This document shows positions 20,621-30,140 of a stretch of 64,000 nt of DNA, piece after piece. Origin of the DNA: Gemmatimonadaceae bacterium (GTDB lineage Bacteria; Gemmatimonadota; Gemmatimonadetes; Gemmatimonadales; Gemmatimonadaceae). A program made the position numbers and the translations under genes. The stretch's first letter is position 1; the number at the start of each line of letters is the position of its first letter. The notes under the pieces are model-generated. The model searched no databases and was not told where the DNA came from. It worked only from the letters and a program-made list of their open reading frames with translations. The stretch lies in contig JBJMOW010000005.1 in the NCBI GenBank assembly GCA_045803545.1, forward strand, positions 768,001 through 832,000, read 5' to 3'.

Positions 20621-21687
20621 CAGGCTGCGCCTCCCCCGTTTCCGTCAACCGGCCCGAGCAGCTGGTCGATTGTGTCGGAGACTTCCTCGATCAACATCAA
20701 TCGATCTTCCCATGGGAGAAATGCGCTCTCGAAACCATTGAGCGCAATCCCTGCCAGCTCCTCGACGGTGAATCCGAGGTGCTCGGCGGCGAAGACATAC
20801 TCGTCGGTAAGCGTGGTTGCGCTCATCAAACGATTGTCGGTGTTGAGTGTGACGTTGAGTCCGCGATCGAAATACTCGCGCACCGGATGCGTCGCGTACG
20901 AGTCGGCGACGCGTGTCTGGACGTTGCTCGTCAGGCAAACTTCGAGCGCGATCCTGCGATCATTCACGTACTGGGTGAGCTCTGCATCTTCGATCAGCCG
21001 CGTGCCGTGGCCAATGCGATTCGCTCCGCAAAGGTGCACAGCCTCGGCGATCGACTCCGGACCATCGCCTTCACCGGCGTGCACCGTCACGGCCAGATTG
21101 TGCTCGCGAGCATAGGTGAATGCGGCTGCGTGCCGCGACGCGGGATTCCCCTTCTCGGCCCCGGCAAGGTCGAACGCGACAACACCGTCATTCCTGAATT
21201 CGACCGCAAGTTTCGCCAGGTCGAGGGAAGTCTCCGGCGGAAGCTGGCGTAGTCCCGCGATGATGAATCGCGCGGTAATTCCAAAATCATTCTCGGCGCG
21301 ACGGAGGCCGCGCAGTGGCGCCTCGATCGCTTCAACTAGCGTCAGGCCTTTCACAACATTCAGAATGGGTGCATTCCGGATCTCGATGTAGCGCACGCCA
21401 TCCTCATGAGCATCCTCTGCCAACTCGTACGCGGCACGCTCGAGCGCCTCTTCCGTCTGCAGTACCGAGATCGTGACATCGAAGCGACGTAAGTAATCCT
21501 CGAGGTCGTTTGCGTCGTCGACGCGCATGAACTCGGCGAGCTCCTCGGGACTCTGCTTCGGAAGTGTCACACGTTGATCACGCGCAAGCTCGAGCAGCGT
21601 CGAGGGACGCATCGATCCGTCGAGATGACAATGGAGTTCAGCCTTCGGAAGTTGCCGAAGCTTACTCGAGAAAATTGAAAGGGGCAT
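20620..21687 (-). CDS. add: Adenosine deaminase
   Basis: LPKAELHCHLDGS, TVHAGE, RIGHG, EVCLTSN, NTDN. Confidence 0.95.
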   Translation of the reverse strand: MPLSIFSSKLRQLPKAELHCHLDGSMRPSTLLELARDQRVTLPKQSPEELAEFMRVDDANDLEDYLRRFDVTISVLQTEEALERAAYELAEDAHEDGVRYIEIRNAPILNVVKGLTLVEAIEAPLRGLRRAENDFGITARFIIAGLRQLPPETSLDLAKLAVEFRNDGVVAFDLAGAEKGNPASRHAAAFTYAREHNLAVTVHAGEGDGPESIAEAVHLCGANRIGHGTRLIEDAELTQYVNDRRIALEVCLTSNVQTRVADSYATHPVREYFDRGLNVTLNTDNRLMSATTLTDEYVFAAEHLGFTVEELAGIALNGFESAFLPWEDRLMLIEEVSDTIDQLLGPVDGNGGGAA

Positions 21688-21932
21688 TAAAGCGGGTTGT
21701 CTTCCACGTCGTCATCGGCCTGTCGCGCGCGAACGATGCGAAAGATGGCGCCGTTATGGACCGGTGCGTCAGCGGTAGTCGGGATGCCGCGACTATCGGT
21801 GAGCATCCGCTCGCCGTTGCGGATGGCAGCGGCCTGAGTTGCATCCCATTGTTCGACTGCTTCGAGCGCGGTTGCGGAAGCGGCAACGTCGACTGGCCTG
21901 GCGTTGATATAGATGCGAACAGTCTCACTCAT
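21687..21932 (-). CDS. Small hypothetical protein, possibly beta-grasp fold
   Basis: 81 aa, overlapping both neighbours in the operon; VRIYINARPVDV.A.AT.LEA pattern. Confidence 0.7.
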   Translation of the reverse strand: MSETVRIYINARPVDVAASATALEAVEQWDATQAAAIRNGERMLTDSRGIPTTADAPVHNGAIFRIVRARQADDDVEDNPL

Positions 21933-24900
21933 TGAGCGGTGATCGGAGCAATGCGGACTTCGGCCGGAGCAGTGGTCGGCGAGGGCAAAGAACGCAGATA
22001 GTCGATCAAGGCATCAAGATCGCCAATGTTGAGCGCTTTCATTGATGTCGCTCTCTGGCCGGCGTTGTAGCCCTCGCCGCCAGTCGCCAGGAAATCGTTG
22101 ACGATGACGTTGTACGTCTTTGTATCCGACAGCTGCGATCCGTCAGCCATGGTCACCGAGACAAGTCGGGATCCAGCCGGCTTGGCCGGGTCAAATCTGA
22201 TGGTAAGTCCGCTTACATGGTCGTCGACAGATTTCGTCAGCATTGCTTCGAGCAGCCCGCGCAGCTGCGCGCCAGTCATTGTCAGCGAATAGAGGACGTT
22301 GCCAAAAGGCTGGATCTCGAACAACGATCCGTAAGTTGCTTCACCAGCGCGAAGGTCAGTGCGGATGCCGCCGTTGTTCATGATCGCAACGTCACCTTTT
22401 GCAGCCCAACGCTGCGCGTCGGCGATCAGGTTGCCGAGCGCGTATTGATTTCCCTGGCGCGGCAGCGCAACCGGAATCGTTGCGACATGGCGATTAACGA
22501 GCGGAGCAACGCGCGCAACTGCCTGCTCTACGATCTTCTCGACCGCCGGATCCGGCTTGAGCGTGTCGACAGCGATCTCACGCACCTCATGGCGCGTCGG
22601 AATGTTTCCGTAGTGCTGTAATGGGAGATCGACGACGTCTATGGCGCGGCCGCTCGACCGCGCCTGTACCACCGGCTTATCAGCGATATCCGCATTGACG
22701 AGCGTGTGGGTATGGCCTGAGATCACCGCGTCGACCTTTGTCGTCAACTGCCGCGCGAAGTCGATTATCTCTCCGTTGCAGCTCGTCGCGCCGTCATGGC
22801 TGCAGAACGCGCCGGCGTGTGCGATGACGATCACGAAGTCCGCGCCACGCTTGCGCAGCGCGGTACCGATGCTGTCGATAATTGGCGCGGGTGGGTCGAA
22901 GCGCAGTCCGACGACGTTGGATGCGCGGGTGGTCGTTGGAGTCGCCACGGTGGACCAGCCAATGATGCCGATCTTCGTTTTGCCGCGCGTGACGATGGTG
23001 TCATTGGGGATCCATTCGACGTCGCGACCGTTGGTGTAGCGCACGTTGGCACCGAAGATTCCGAACTTCGCCTGTCTCATGCGGGCGCGCAGCGTGTCTG
23101 TTCCCCAATCGAACTCATGGTTCCCCAACGCTGCGGCGGCGTATCCCATTCTATTGTAGTACTCGACCACTGGACGCCCGTAGGACAGGTTCGAAGCGGG
23201 CGTGCCCTGAAACAGGTCGCCGGCATCGACCAGCAGAATTTCGCAGCGCGGAACACATTCACTGCGCGCCCGCTCGATAGCCGCCGCGACGTATGAAGCA
23301 CCGCCGCGTCTTACACCATTGGCATCGGGGCGCGGCTCGAGGGCGCCGTGGAAATCATTGGTCGCGATGATACGAAGAAATCGCGTGCCCGTCGGGAACG
23401 CAGGACGTGATGTCGTCACAGCGGGCGGCACGACGGGATTGATCGCCGCGCTGATTTGGCCACCACCGCGCAGCAGCGACCAGTTCGGGGTGAAATAATC
23501 CTGCTGCCGCAGAGTACCTTTAGCGCGTACCTCGTCGATCAACAGCTGCCTGATTTCTTGCTGTCGATCGTAGACGACCGGCGCTCCGCTCAACATCGTG
23601 TATCCACCGCCTCCGGTCTGCCGATAGTTGTTGAGTGCCATTGTGAAGGAATCGGCGTCGGTAACTGGACGGCCCTTGTACTCGAGGCGCGTGACGCGCG
23701 ACCCGATCGGCCGAGAGACGTCTATCGCGTACTCGACCCCGGAGACAATGTCAAAGTTGTAGCCGGGAATCTGCGCGTCGGTTTCCAACGCCGCGGTCGC
23801 CGTCGCCGGCGTGCGGTAATAGCGGGCACTGTACTCGAGGTAGTCGCGCAGTTGCTTCCCGCTGATTCGCACCGCCCGCAACGTGTTGTCGTATGGGTAG
23901 ACCTGGGCGACCTGCGCGATGGTGATCGGGCCCGGATTCAAAACAACATCAGTGGAGAACGCTGCCGTCGATGCGAGGTCGGCTCCGGCGGCTTTTCTCT
24001 CGGTCTCCAGCATGAAATCGATCAGCGGAGTGTCCTTCATTCGCGCCGAGTCGGCGCTCCACTTCTCTGATGTCGAGCCGATCGTAGTGGTGACGTAACC
24101 GACGGTCTCGCGGTGGGCTGCGTCCGTGACGGCGAGCACGCTCGCGTTCTCAGCGTGATTGGCTGCCTGCACCAGGTCGCTGTGTTTGTCGGTCACGGTC
24201 CACTTGCCGCCGCGACGCGCCAGCGCAATGTGAGCGACGTCGACACTCGTCGCCCAATTCTTCGGTTGAATGAGGAGCGTCTGTCCCACTGTTGCGCCGC
24301 GAACTTCCTTGTGCGAGTGGCCATACAGTAGCAGATCGATCCCCGGCACCTCGCGCGCAATTCGCTCGGCGACGTTCTCGCTCGGCAACCCGGTAGTTGT
24401 CGTGTCGTAGCTCGAGGGCTCGTCCAGCCCCGAGTGCACGGTGACAACCACTATATCGGCGCCGGCGTTCCGAGCCTGCTCGACTGCCTCGCGCACCGCC
24501 GGGATGATGTCGCCAAATCGCAACCGACCCGCGATGTTCTGCGCATCCCATACGGCCACACCGGGTGTTGTGGCGCCAACAATTCCAACCTTCACGCCAG
24601 CCCGATCGAGGATCGTCCACGCGTTATACGCGTGGACACCGGCGGGATCGATGCGATAGGTGTTCGCCGACAGGAACGGGAATTTCGCCTGGCGAATCGC
24701 TGAATCCAGGTACGGCACGCCGTAGTTATACTCGTGATTTCCAATCGCAGCCGCATCGTACTGCATGGCGTTCATCGCGGCGATAATTGGATTGATAGGA
24801 TTTCTCGACAGCCGCGCCGCCACATACGCGAGCGGATTCCCCTGTAGCAGGTCACCCGCATCGAGGAGAATCACTCTGCCCGGATTTCCCGCGCGCAGCG

Positions 24901-25138
24901 AATCCACGATCGTCGCCGCGCGGGTGAGCCCGCGGACGGACTCCTCCCGATTCGCGTAGTAATCCCAGGCTCGTACCCGCCCGTGCACATCCGTCGTAGT
25001 CGCGAAAACGAGATCGACTGTCTGTGGCGTGCGAGGCAATTGCCTCGGCATGCATCCGAGTGCCAGCGCGAGCACGACTAGCGCCGTTGAACCGCGTCTT
25101 TTGTGTCGTTTGTTCACGTGAACAGCAAAGCTAAACAC
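21929..25138 (-). CDS. Tandem 2',3'-cyclic-nucleotide phosphodiesterase / 5'-nucleotidase lipoprotein (YfkN-like double module); start may be GTG 25117
   Basis: Two metallophosphoesterase modules (TTDVHG..DAGDLLQG..GNHE..GHSH; TNDFHG..DAGDLFQG..GNHE..GHTH), each followed by a 5'-nucleotidase C domain; lipobox ALGC. Confidence 0.9.
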   Translation of the reverse strand: MFSFAVHVNKRHKRRGSTALVVLALALGCMPRQLPRTPQTVDLVFATTTDVHGRVRAWDYYANREESVRGLTRAATIVDSLRAGNPGRVILLDAGDLLQGNPLAYVAARLSRNPINPIIAAMNAMQYDAAAIGNHEYNYGVPYLDSAIRQAKFPFLSANTYRIDPAGVHAYNAWTILDRAGVKVGIVGATTPGVAVWDAQNIAGRLRFGDIIPAVREAVEQARNAGADIVVVTVHSGLDEPSSYDTTTTGLPSENVAERIAREVPGIDLLLYGHSHKEVRGATVGQTLLIQPKNWATSVDVAHIALARRGGKWTVTDKHSDLVQAANHAENASVLAVTDAAHRETVGYVTTTIGSTSEKWSADSARMKDTPLIDFMLETERKAAGADLASTAAFSTDVVLNPGPITIAQVAQVYPYDNTLRAVRISGKQLRDYLEYSARYYRTPATATAALETDAQIPGYNFDIVSGVEYAIDVSRPIGSRVTRLEYKGRPVTDADSFTMALNNYRQTGGGGYTMLSGAPVVYDRQQEIRQLLIDEVRAKGTLRQQDYFTPNWSLLRGGGQISAAINPVVPPAVTTSRPAFPTGTRFLRIIATNDFHGALEPRPDANGVRRGGASYVAAAIERARSECVPRCEILLVDAGDLFQGTPASNLSYGRPVVEYYNRMGYAAAALGNHEFDWGTDTLRARMRQAKFGIFGANVRYTNGRDVEWIPNDTIVTRGKTKIGIIGWSTVATPTTTRASNVVGLRFDPPAPIIDSIGTALRKRGADFVIVIAHAGAFCSHDGATSCNGEIIDFARQLTTKVDAVISGHTHTLVNADIADKPVVQARSSGRAIDVVDLPLQHYGNIPTRHEVREIAVDTLKPDPAVEKIVEQAVARVAPLVNRHVATIPVALPRQGNQYALGNLIADAQRWAAKGDVAIMNNGGIRTDLRAGEATYGSLFEIQPFGNVLYSLTMTGAQLRGLLEAMLTKSVDDHVSGLTIRFDPAKPAGSRLVSVTMADGSQLSDTKTYNVIVNDFLATGGEGYNAGQRATSMKALNIGDLDALIDYLRSLPSPTTAPAEVRIAPITAQ

Positions 25139-25200
25139 GCACGCTCAGCCGAGGGAGTGCAACTGTGGCGCACCGTCCGACGGAATCGCACCGATGTGTG

Positions 25201-25226
25201 GTGACGCATTCGTGACAGATTGTGAG
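25201..25226. promoter_or_regulatory. Pho-box-like 11-bp direct repeats between the nucleotidase and phoB
   Basis: GTGAC at 25201 and 25212, GTGAG at 25222. Confidence 0.6.
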
Positions 25227-25262
25227 TTGACGCCAGCTCAACTGCTCAGCCAACTTCCAGCC

Positions 25263-25976
25263 GTGACAGAACCCAGCGCCGCCGAGCGCGTTCTCGTCGT
25301 CGACGACGAGCCGGATATCGTCGCGCTCGTCGCGTACCACTTGGCCAAATCAGGATACGCAGTTTCCACAGCGGCCAGCGGGTCGGAAGGACTGATCGCG
25401 GCGCGTCGAGAAAAGCCCTCACTGATCGTTCTCGACCTGATGCTCCCCGGACTATCCGGCCTCCAGGTGATGGAGGAGCTGCGCTCGGATCCGTCCACAT
25501 CGAGCATTGCAGTGCTGATGCTTACCGCCCGGCGTGAGGAGAGCGATCGCATCAAAGGGCTCACCATGGGCGCCGACGACTACCTCACCAAGCCATTCAG
25601 CCCGCAGGAGCTGGTGCTCCGCGTCGGAGCCATCCTGCGTCGCCTCAAAGTCGGTCGCGCAGATTCTGAAGACGTGAAACAGGTTGGGCCATTGAGAATC
25701 GACAGCACCGCGCATCGCGTAACGGTTGATGGTCGCGAGGTCGACCTTACCCCGACCGAGTTCAAGCTGCTCCACCTGCTTGCCGAGCGGAAAGGTCGGG
25801 TGCAGCCGCGAAACCTGCTGCTGGAGATTGTGTGGGAAGCCGCGCCCGACATTCAGACGCGAACGGTCGACATGCACGTGCAGCGCTTGCGCGCTAAACT
25901 CGGCGCCGCCGGTGATCTGATCGAGACCGTGCGAGGGTTCGGCTACCGGATCAGGAACGTAAGCGAACGCACGTGA
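25263..25976 (+). CDS. phoB: OmpR/PhoB-family response regulator (start approximate, GTG 25263)
   Basis: VLVVDDE, LDLMLPG, GADDYLTKPFS, TRTVDMHVQRLR, ETVRGFGY; upstream of the pst genes. Confidence 0.88.
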   Translation: MTEPSAAERVLVVDDEPDIVALVAYHLAKSGYAVSTAASGSEGLIAARREKPSLIVLDLMLPGLSGLQVMEELRSDPSTSSIAVLMLTARREESDRIKGLTMGADDYLTKPFSPQELVLRVGAILRRLKVGRADSEDVKQVGPLRIDSTAHRVTVDGREVDLTPTEFKLLHLLAERKGRVQPRNLLLEIVWEAAPDIQTRTVDMHVQRLRAKLGAAGDLIETVRGFGYRIRNVSERT

Positions 25977-27679
25977 AGCTGGCGCACCGGCTGTTGCTTC
26001 AGTCGCTGGCAATCGTAGCGGTGATGGTGATCGCGGTGGTGCTGATCATCGACAACCAGCTTCACAACAACATCACCGATCAGACGACGCAGGACCTTGC
26101 CGGCGAGGCCCGACTCGTCGCACTGCAGTGGAAACCCGCGGCAAATGCTGACTCCGTCGCCGACAATGCGGGGGAGGCCACAGGTCACCGCATCACGCTG
26201 ATCGATAGCACCGGCCACGTCATCGGCGATTCCGACTTCGACGGGCCGGCCTTGCAAGCTCTGGAAAATCATAGCGCTCGTCCCGAAGTAGTCGTCGCGC
26301 GCGCGAGTGGCATGGGCTCGAGCAGACGCATGAGCCCGTCGACGGGCGAAGAGCAGCTCTACGTGGCAGTGAGGGCTCCGTTCGGATTTGCGCGCGTGTC
26401 GGTGACGACCAAAAAGGTCGAGGAGCTCTTCGAGCGCGCGCGGCGCGGCGTTTTGTTGGCCGGTGCAATTTCATTCCTGCTGGCGGCTATTCTCGCAGGC
26501 CTGTTTGCACGCTCGGTGTCCCGGCCCATCACCGATCTCCGCGATGTCGCGCGCTCGATAGCTGCCGGCGAGCGGAAGTTGCACCCTGCCCTCGCCGCGC
26601 CGGGCGAGGTCGGAGATCTCGCCGATGCAATTCACCGACTCGCCGAGCAGCTCGAAGCGAGGTTGACCGCGCTCGATATGGAGCAGGCAAGACTGTCCGC
26701 GCTCGTCGAGACTCTTAATGAAGGCGTGATGGCGATCTCGCCCCAGCATCGGGTCGAGCGGATCAATGACACCGGTCGTCGACTGCTCTCGATCAACGCC
26801 CGCGTTCCTTTCGGGATGGATTATCTCCCGCGTGAAGCCACACTGCGAAATGCAATCACGCGTGCCCTCGAGGGCACCGAGACCGAGCCCGAGGAAATCA
26901 TGCTCGGGGACCGGACACTCTCACTTACGGCGAAACCCCTCACGAACGGCGGTGCCGTAGTGGCATTGTTCGATCTGACACCCATTCGCAGGCTCGAGGC
27001 GGTGCGTCGCGATTTCGTTGCGAATGTATCTCATGAGCTGCGCACACCACTCACGATCGTCGGCGGATTCGCCGAGACGCTGCAGGATCCGGACATCCCA
27101 CCGGAACGGCGTGCTGAGTTCGCGCGTACGATCTTCAACAACACCCGTCGCATGCAGCGGATTGTCGACGAGCTGCTCGATCTGTCGCGGATCGAATCGG
27201 GTCACTGGCAACCGCGACCGCAGGCGGTCCGCGTCGCCGACGTCGCGGCGGAAGTATTTGGCCGCCTCGGCCAGCTCGCGCGCGAAAAGGGCATAACACT
27301 CGATACCCGAATAGAGGCTGAGTCAGCGGTCATCCAGGCCGATCGAACAGCGCTCGAGCAAATCGCGTTCAATCTCGTCGAGAATGCCATTCGCCATACG
27401 GCTTCGGCTGGGAGCATATCGATCGAGACAAGGCGCGAAGGCCAATTCATCGCCTTTTCGGTGCGCGACACCGGCTCGGGAATTCCAGTTGCGCACCTGC
27501 CACGAATATTCGAGCGGTTTTATCGCGCTGATGCCGGACGTTCCCGCGAAGCAGGTGGAACGGGCCTCGGCCTCGCTATCGTGAAGCATCTCGTCGAGAC
27601 GCATGGCGGCACCGTCGGAGCCGACAGTATCGAGGGCAAAGGCACGACCATCAAAGTGCTTTTCCCGAGCAGCGACTGA
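25973..27679 (+). CDS. phoR: Phosphate regulon sensor histidine kinase (HAMP, PAS-like, HisKA, HATPase)
   Basis: RRDFVANVSHELRTPLT, NLVENA, DTGSG, FERFYR, GGTGLGLAIVKH. Confidence 0.9.
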   Translation: MKLAHRLLLQSLAIVAVMVIAVVLIIDNQLHNNITDQTTQDLAGEARLVALQWKPAANADSVADNAGEATGHRITLIDSTGHVIGDSDFDGPALQALENHSARPEVVVARASGMGSSRRMSPSTGEEQLYVAVRAPFGFARVSVTTKKVEELFERARRGVLLAGAISFLLAAILAGLFARSVSRPITDLRDVARSIAAGERKLHPALAAPGEVGDLADAIHRLAEQLEARLTALDMEQARLSALVETLNEGVMAISPQHRVERINDTGRRLLSINARVPFGMDYLPREATLRNAITRALEGTETEPEEIMLGDRTLSLTAKPLTNGGAVVALFDLTPIRRLEAVRRDFVANVSHELRTPLTIVGGFAETLQDPDIPPERRAEFARTIFNNTRRMQRIVDELLDLSRIESGHWQPRPQAVRVADVAAEVFGRLGQLAREKGITLDTRIEAESAVIQADRTALEQIAFNLVENAIRHTASAGSISIETRREGQFIAFSVRDTGSGIPVAHLPRIFERFYRADAGRSREAGGTGLGLAIVKHLVETHGGTVGADSIEGKGTTIKVLFPSSD

Positions 27680-27689
27680 CTGCACAGTC

Positions 27690-27727
27690 GTGACAAATCC
27701 TTTACGTAGGATGTGATCGACCGTGAC
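27690..27727 (+). promoter_or_regulatory. Pho-box-like 11-bp periodic repeats upstream of pstS1
   Basis: GTGAC 27690, TTTAC 27701, GTGAT 27713, GTGAC 27723. Confidence 0.55.
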
Positions 27728-27777
27728 GTGAACGGGAGAGTTTAAGCGCGACAATAAACCTCCCTCACGGAGCACAA

Positions 27778-28833
27778 GTGATCAAAACCGTTCGCAGCAT
27801 TGCTGTCGCTTTTTCTGCGACAGCGCTTCTCTCAGGTATTGCCGCAGCGCAATCAGTCGATCTGACGGGAGCGGGCGCGACGTTCCCATATCCGATCTAC
27901 TCGAAGTGGTTTGCCGACTACGCACAGAGCACCGGCGTCAAAATCAATTACCAGTCGATCGGGTCGGGTGGCGGGATTCGCCAGCTATCCGAACAGACCG
28001 TCGACTTCGGCGCGTCAGACAGCCCCATGAGCGATCAGGAACTGGCCGGCGCCAAGGGTGGTACAGTGCTGCACTTCCCCACGGTAATGGGCGCCGTCGT
28101 CATCACCTATAACGTTCCGGGCATCACCAAGCCAATCAATCTCAGCGGCGAAATTATCGCCGATATCTTCACCGGGAAGGTCACCAAGTGGAATGATGCG
28201 CAGATTGTCGCACAGAACCGCGGGGTGACTCTTCCCAACTCTGACATTCTCGTCGTGCACCGCTCCGATGGCAGCGGCACGACATACATCTTCAGCGATT
28301 ACCTCACTGCGGTCAGCCCCTCCTGGTCGGGCACACTCGGCAAGGGCAAGGAGATCAAGTGGCCGGTCGGACTGGGCGGTAAGGGCAACGAAGGTGTCGC
28401 TGGTCAGGTGAAGCAGATACCAGGCTCGATTGGATACGTCGAACTCGCGTACGCGAAGCAGAACAAGCTGCCGTATGCCAATGTGCGCAACGCACAGGGC
28501 CGCTATGTTACTCCGACAATTGCGTCGGTAAGCGCGGCTGCCGCCGGCGTGAAGCTGCCGAAGAACACCGACTATCGTGTTTCGATCGTCAACGCTCCGG
28601 GCAAGGATTCATATCCCATCTCTTCCATGACATGGATACTCGTATACCAGAATCAGCTCGACCGAGTGAAGGGGCAGAAGTTGATTGACTTCCTGCGCTG
28701 GGCGTACACCAGCGGCGAGAAGTCGGCAGAGTCTCTCGACTACGCTCCGCTGCCGGCAGCAATGCGCGCGAACCTCGAGAAGCGCCTCGCCACGATTACC
28801 GTCGCGGGCAAGCCGGTTGGAGCAGCTCGATGA
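27778..28833 (+). CDS. pstS: Phosphate ABC transporter substrate-binding protein, copy 1 (cleavable signal peptide)
   Basis: GAGATFPYP, YQSIGSGGG, DFGASD, RSDGSGTT, GKGNEGV. Confidence 0.96.
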   Translation: MIKTVRSIAVAFSATALLSGIAAAQSVDLTGAGATFPYPIYSKWFADYAQSTGVKINYQSIGSGGGIRQLSEQTVDFGASDSPMSDQELAGAKGGTVLHFPTVMGAVVITYNVPGITKPINLSGEIIADIFTGKVTKWNDAQIVAQNRGVTLPNSDILVVHRSDGSGTTYIFSDYLTAVSPSWSGTLGKGKEIKWPVGLGGKGNEGVAGQVKQIPGSIGYVELAYAKQNKLPYANVRNAQGRYVTPTIASVSAAAAGVKLPKNTDYRVSIVNAPGKDSYPISSMTWILVYQNQLDRVKGQKLIDFLRWAYTSGEKSAESLDYAPLPAAMRANLEKRLATITVAGKPVGAAR

Positions 28834-30002
28834 AGCTTACTCGCGCAGTTCTCTTCCTGGTCGCGCCGGTTGCGTTGGCAGCGCAGCAGCCGACCCCCGA
28901 CACGACCAAGCCGGCATCACCGCCGCCTGCGCAAGCGCCGGCCACCGTCTCGATCCCGGTTGATTTCTCCGGGGTGTTGTACGCGAACTTTCAGTATCGC
29001 GGGGATGCCGGCGCGGCGAAGGCTTTCAACAAGTTCGATCTGGAGCGTGCTTACCTGACCTTCAGAATGCCGGCAGGTGATCGCGCCAGCATTCGCATCA
29101 CTGCAGACGTCTTCCAGCAACAGACGGCGCCGAACGACTCTTACTACAGAGGTTGGGTAGTTCGCGCCAAGTACGCGTACCTCCAGTACGATCTGATCAA
29201 GAGCTCGACGTGGAATGCGAACATTCGCGGCGGGCTGCTTCACAACGTCGTCATCGATCACATGGAGCAGTTCTGGCCGCGCTGGCTTTCGCAGACGCCG
29301 GTCGAGCGCAACGGCTGGTTCGCTTCGTCCGACGCTGGAGTCGCGACGACGCTGAGCTTCCCCAACAAGCTTGGCGAGTTCTACGCGAATGTCGTCAATG
29401 GACCGGGGTACACTTCCCGCGAGACGGATCGATTCAAGGACTATGCGGCAAGACTGACCCTTACCCCGCTGGGCAATTCGGACAACAAGATCCTCAAGAC
29501 GTTCGCGCTGACCGGCTATAGCTATATAGGCGCGGTGGCCAGCTCGTTCGCCGCCGGCGGAGCGGGGCAGATCGGACCCGTTGGTTCATCGCTCCCGCGC
29601 ACACGCGCTGGAGTATTTGCCGGAGTACGCGATCCGCGGCTGTCTGCAGGGGTGGAGTGGGACACTCGCAAGGACGCGAGAGAGACCGGTGCAAATACCG
29701 TTGTCGCGCCGCGTGTCGAGGTCGACTCGACCGGCAGACTGATTGCCGGCTTCGCCCTCGTCAAACCATTTCAGTTGCTCAATGACAAGTCGACCTTCCC
29801 GCTCGGTCTCGTCGGACGATGGGATCGGTTTAAGCCGAACACGGATCTGGATGGCTACATCAACATCGTTATCGGCGGACTGACCTGGGACCTCAATAAG
29901 AAAGCGGCCCTGTCGCTCGATTATCAGGAGCAAACACCGCACAGCGGCGCGGTGATAGCCGCGACGAAGACTTACTTCCTGCACATGGTAGCAAACTTCT
30001 AG
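28830..30002 (+). CDS. Outer-membrane beta-barrel porin, probably phosphate-associated
   Basis: Signal peptide, FDLERAYL, alternating amphipathic strands, C-terminal Phe; lies in the pst cluster. Confidence 0.7.
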   Translation: MKLTRAVLFLVAPVALAAQQPTPDTTKPASPPPAQAPATVSIPVDFSGVLYANFQYRGDAGAAKAFNKFDLERAYLTFRMPAGDRASIRITADVFQQQTAPNDSYYRGWVVRAKYAYLQYDLIKSSTWNANIRGGLLHNVVIDHMEQFWPRWLSQTPVERNGWFASSDAGVATTLSFPNKLGEFYANVVNGPGYTSRETDRFKDYAARLTLTPLGNSDNKILKTFALTGYSYIGAVASSFAAGGAGQIGPVGSSLPRTRAGVFAGVRDPRLSAGVEWDTRKDARETGANTVVAPRVEVDSTGRLIAGFALVKPFQLLNDKSTFPLGLVGRWDRFKPNTDLDGYINIVIGGLTWDLNKKAALSLDYQEQTPHSGAVIAATKTYFLHMVANF

Positions 30003-30039
30003 GAAGTAGCTCCCGCGGTTTGCATGCCTCCGCTCGGTT

Positions 30040-30055
30040 GTGACAATGTCGTTAC
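30040..30055 (+). promoter_or_regulatory. Pho-box-like repeat upstream of pstS2
   Basis: GTGACAATGTC GTTAC: GTGAC 30040, GTTAC 30051. Confidence 0.55.
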
Positions 30056-30140
30056 CCGGCATTGGACATAACCGATCGGGGGCATTCCTATTTTTCAGCG
30101 CAAGCCAGCGCACACCCTTCAATCGACCCAGGAGCATTCG

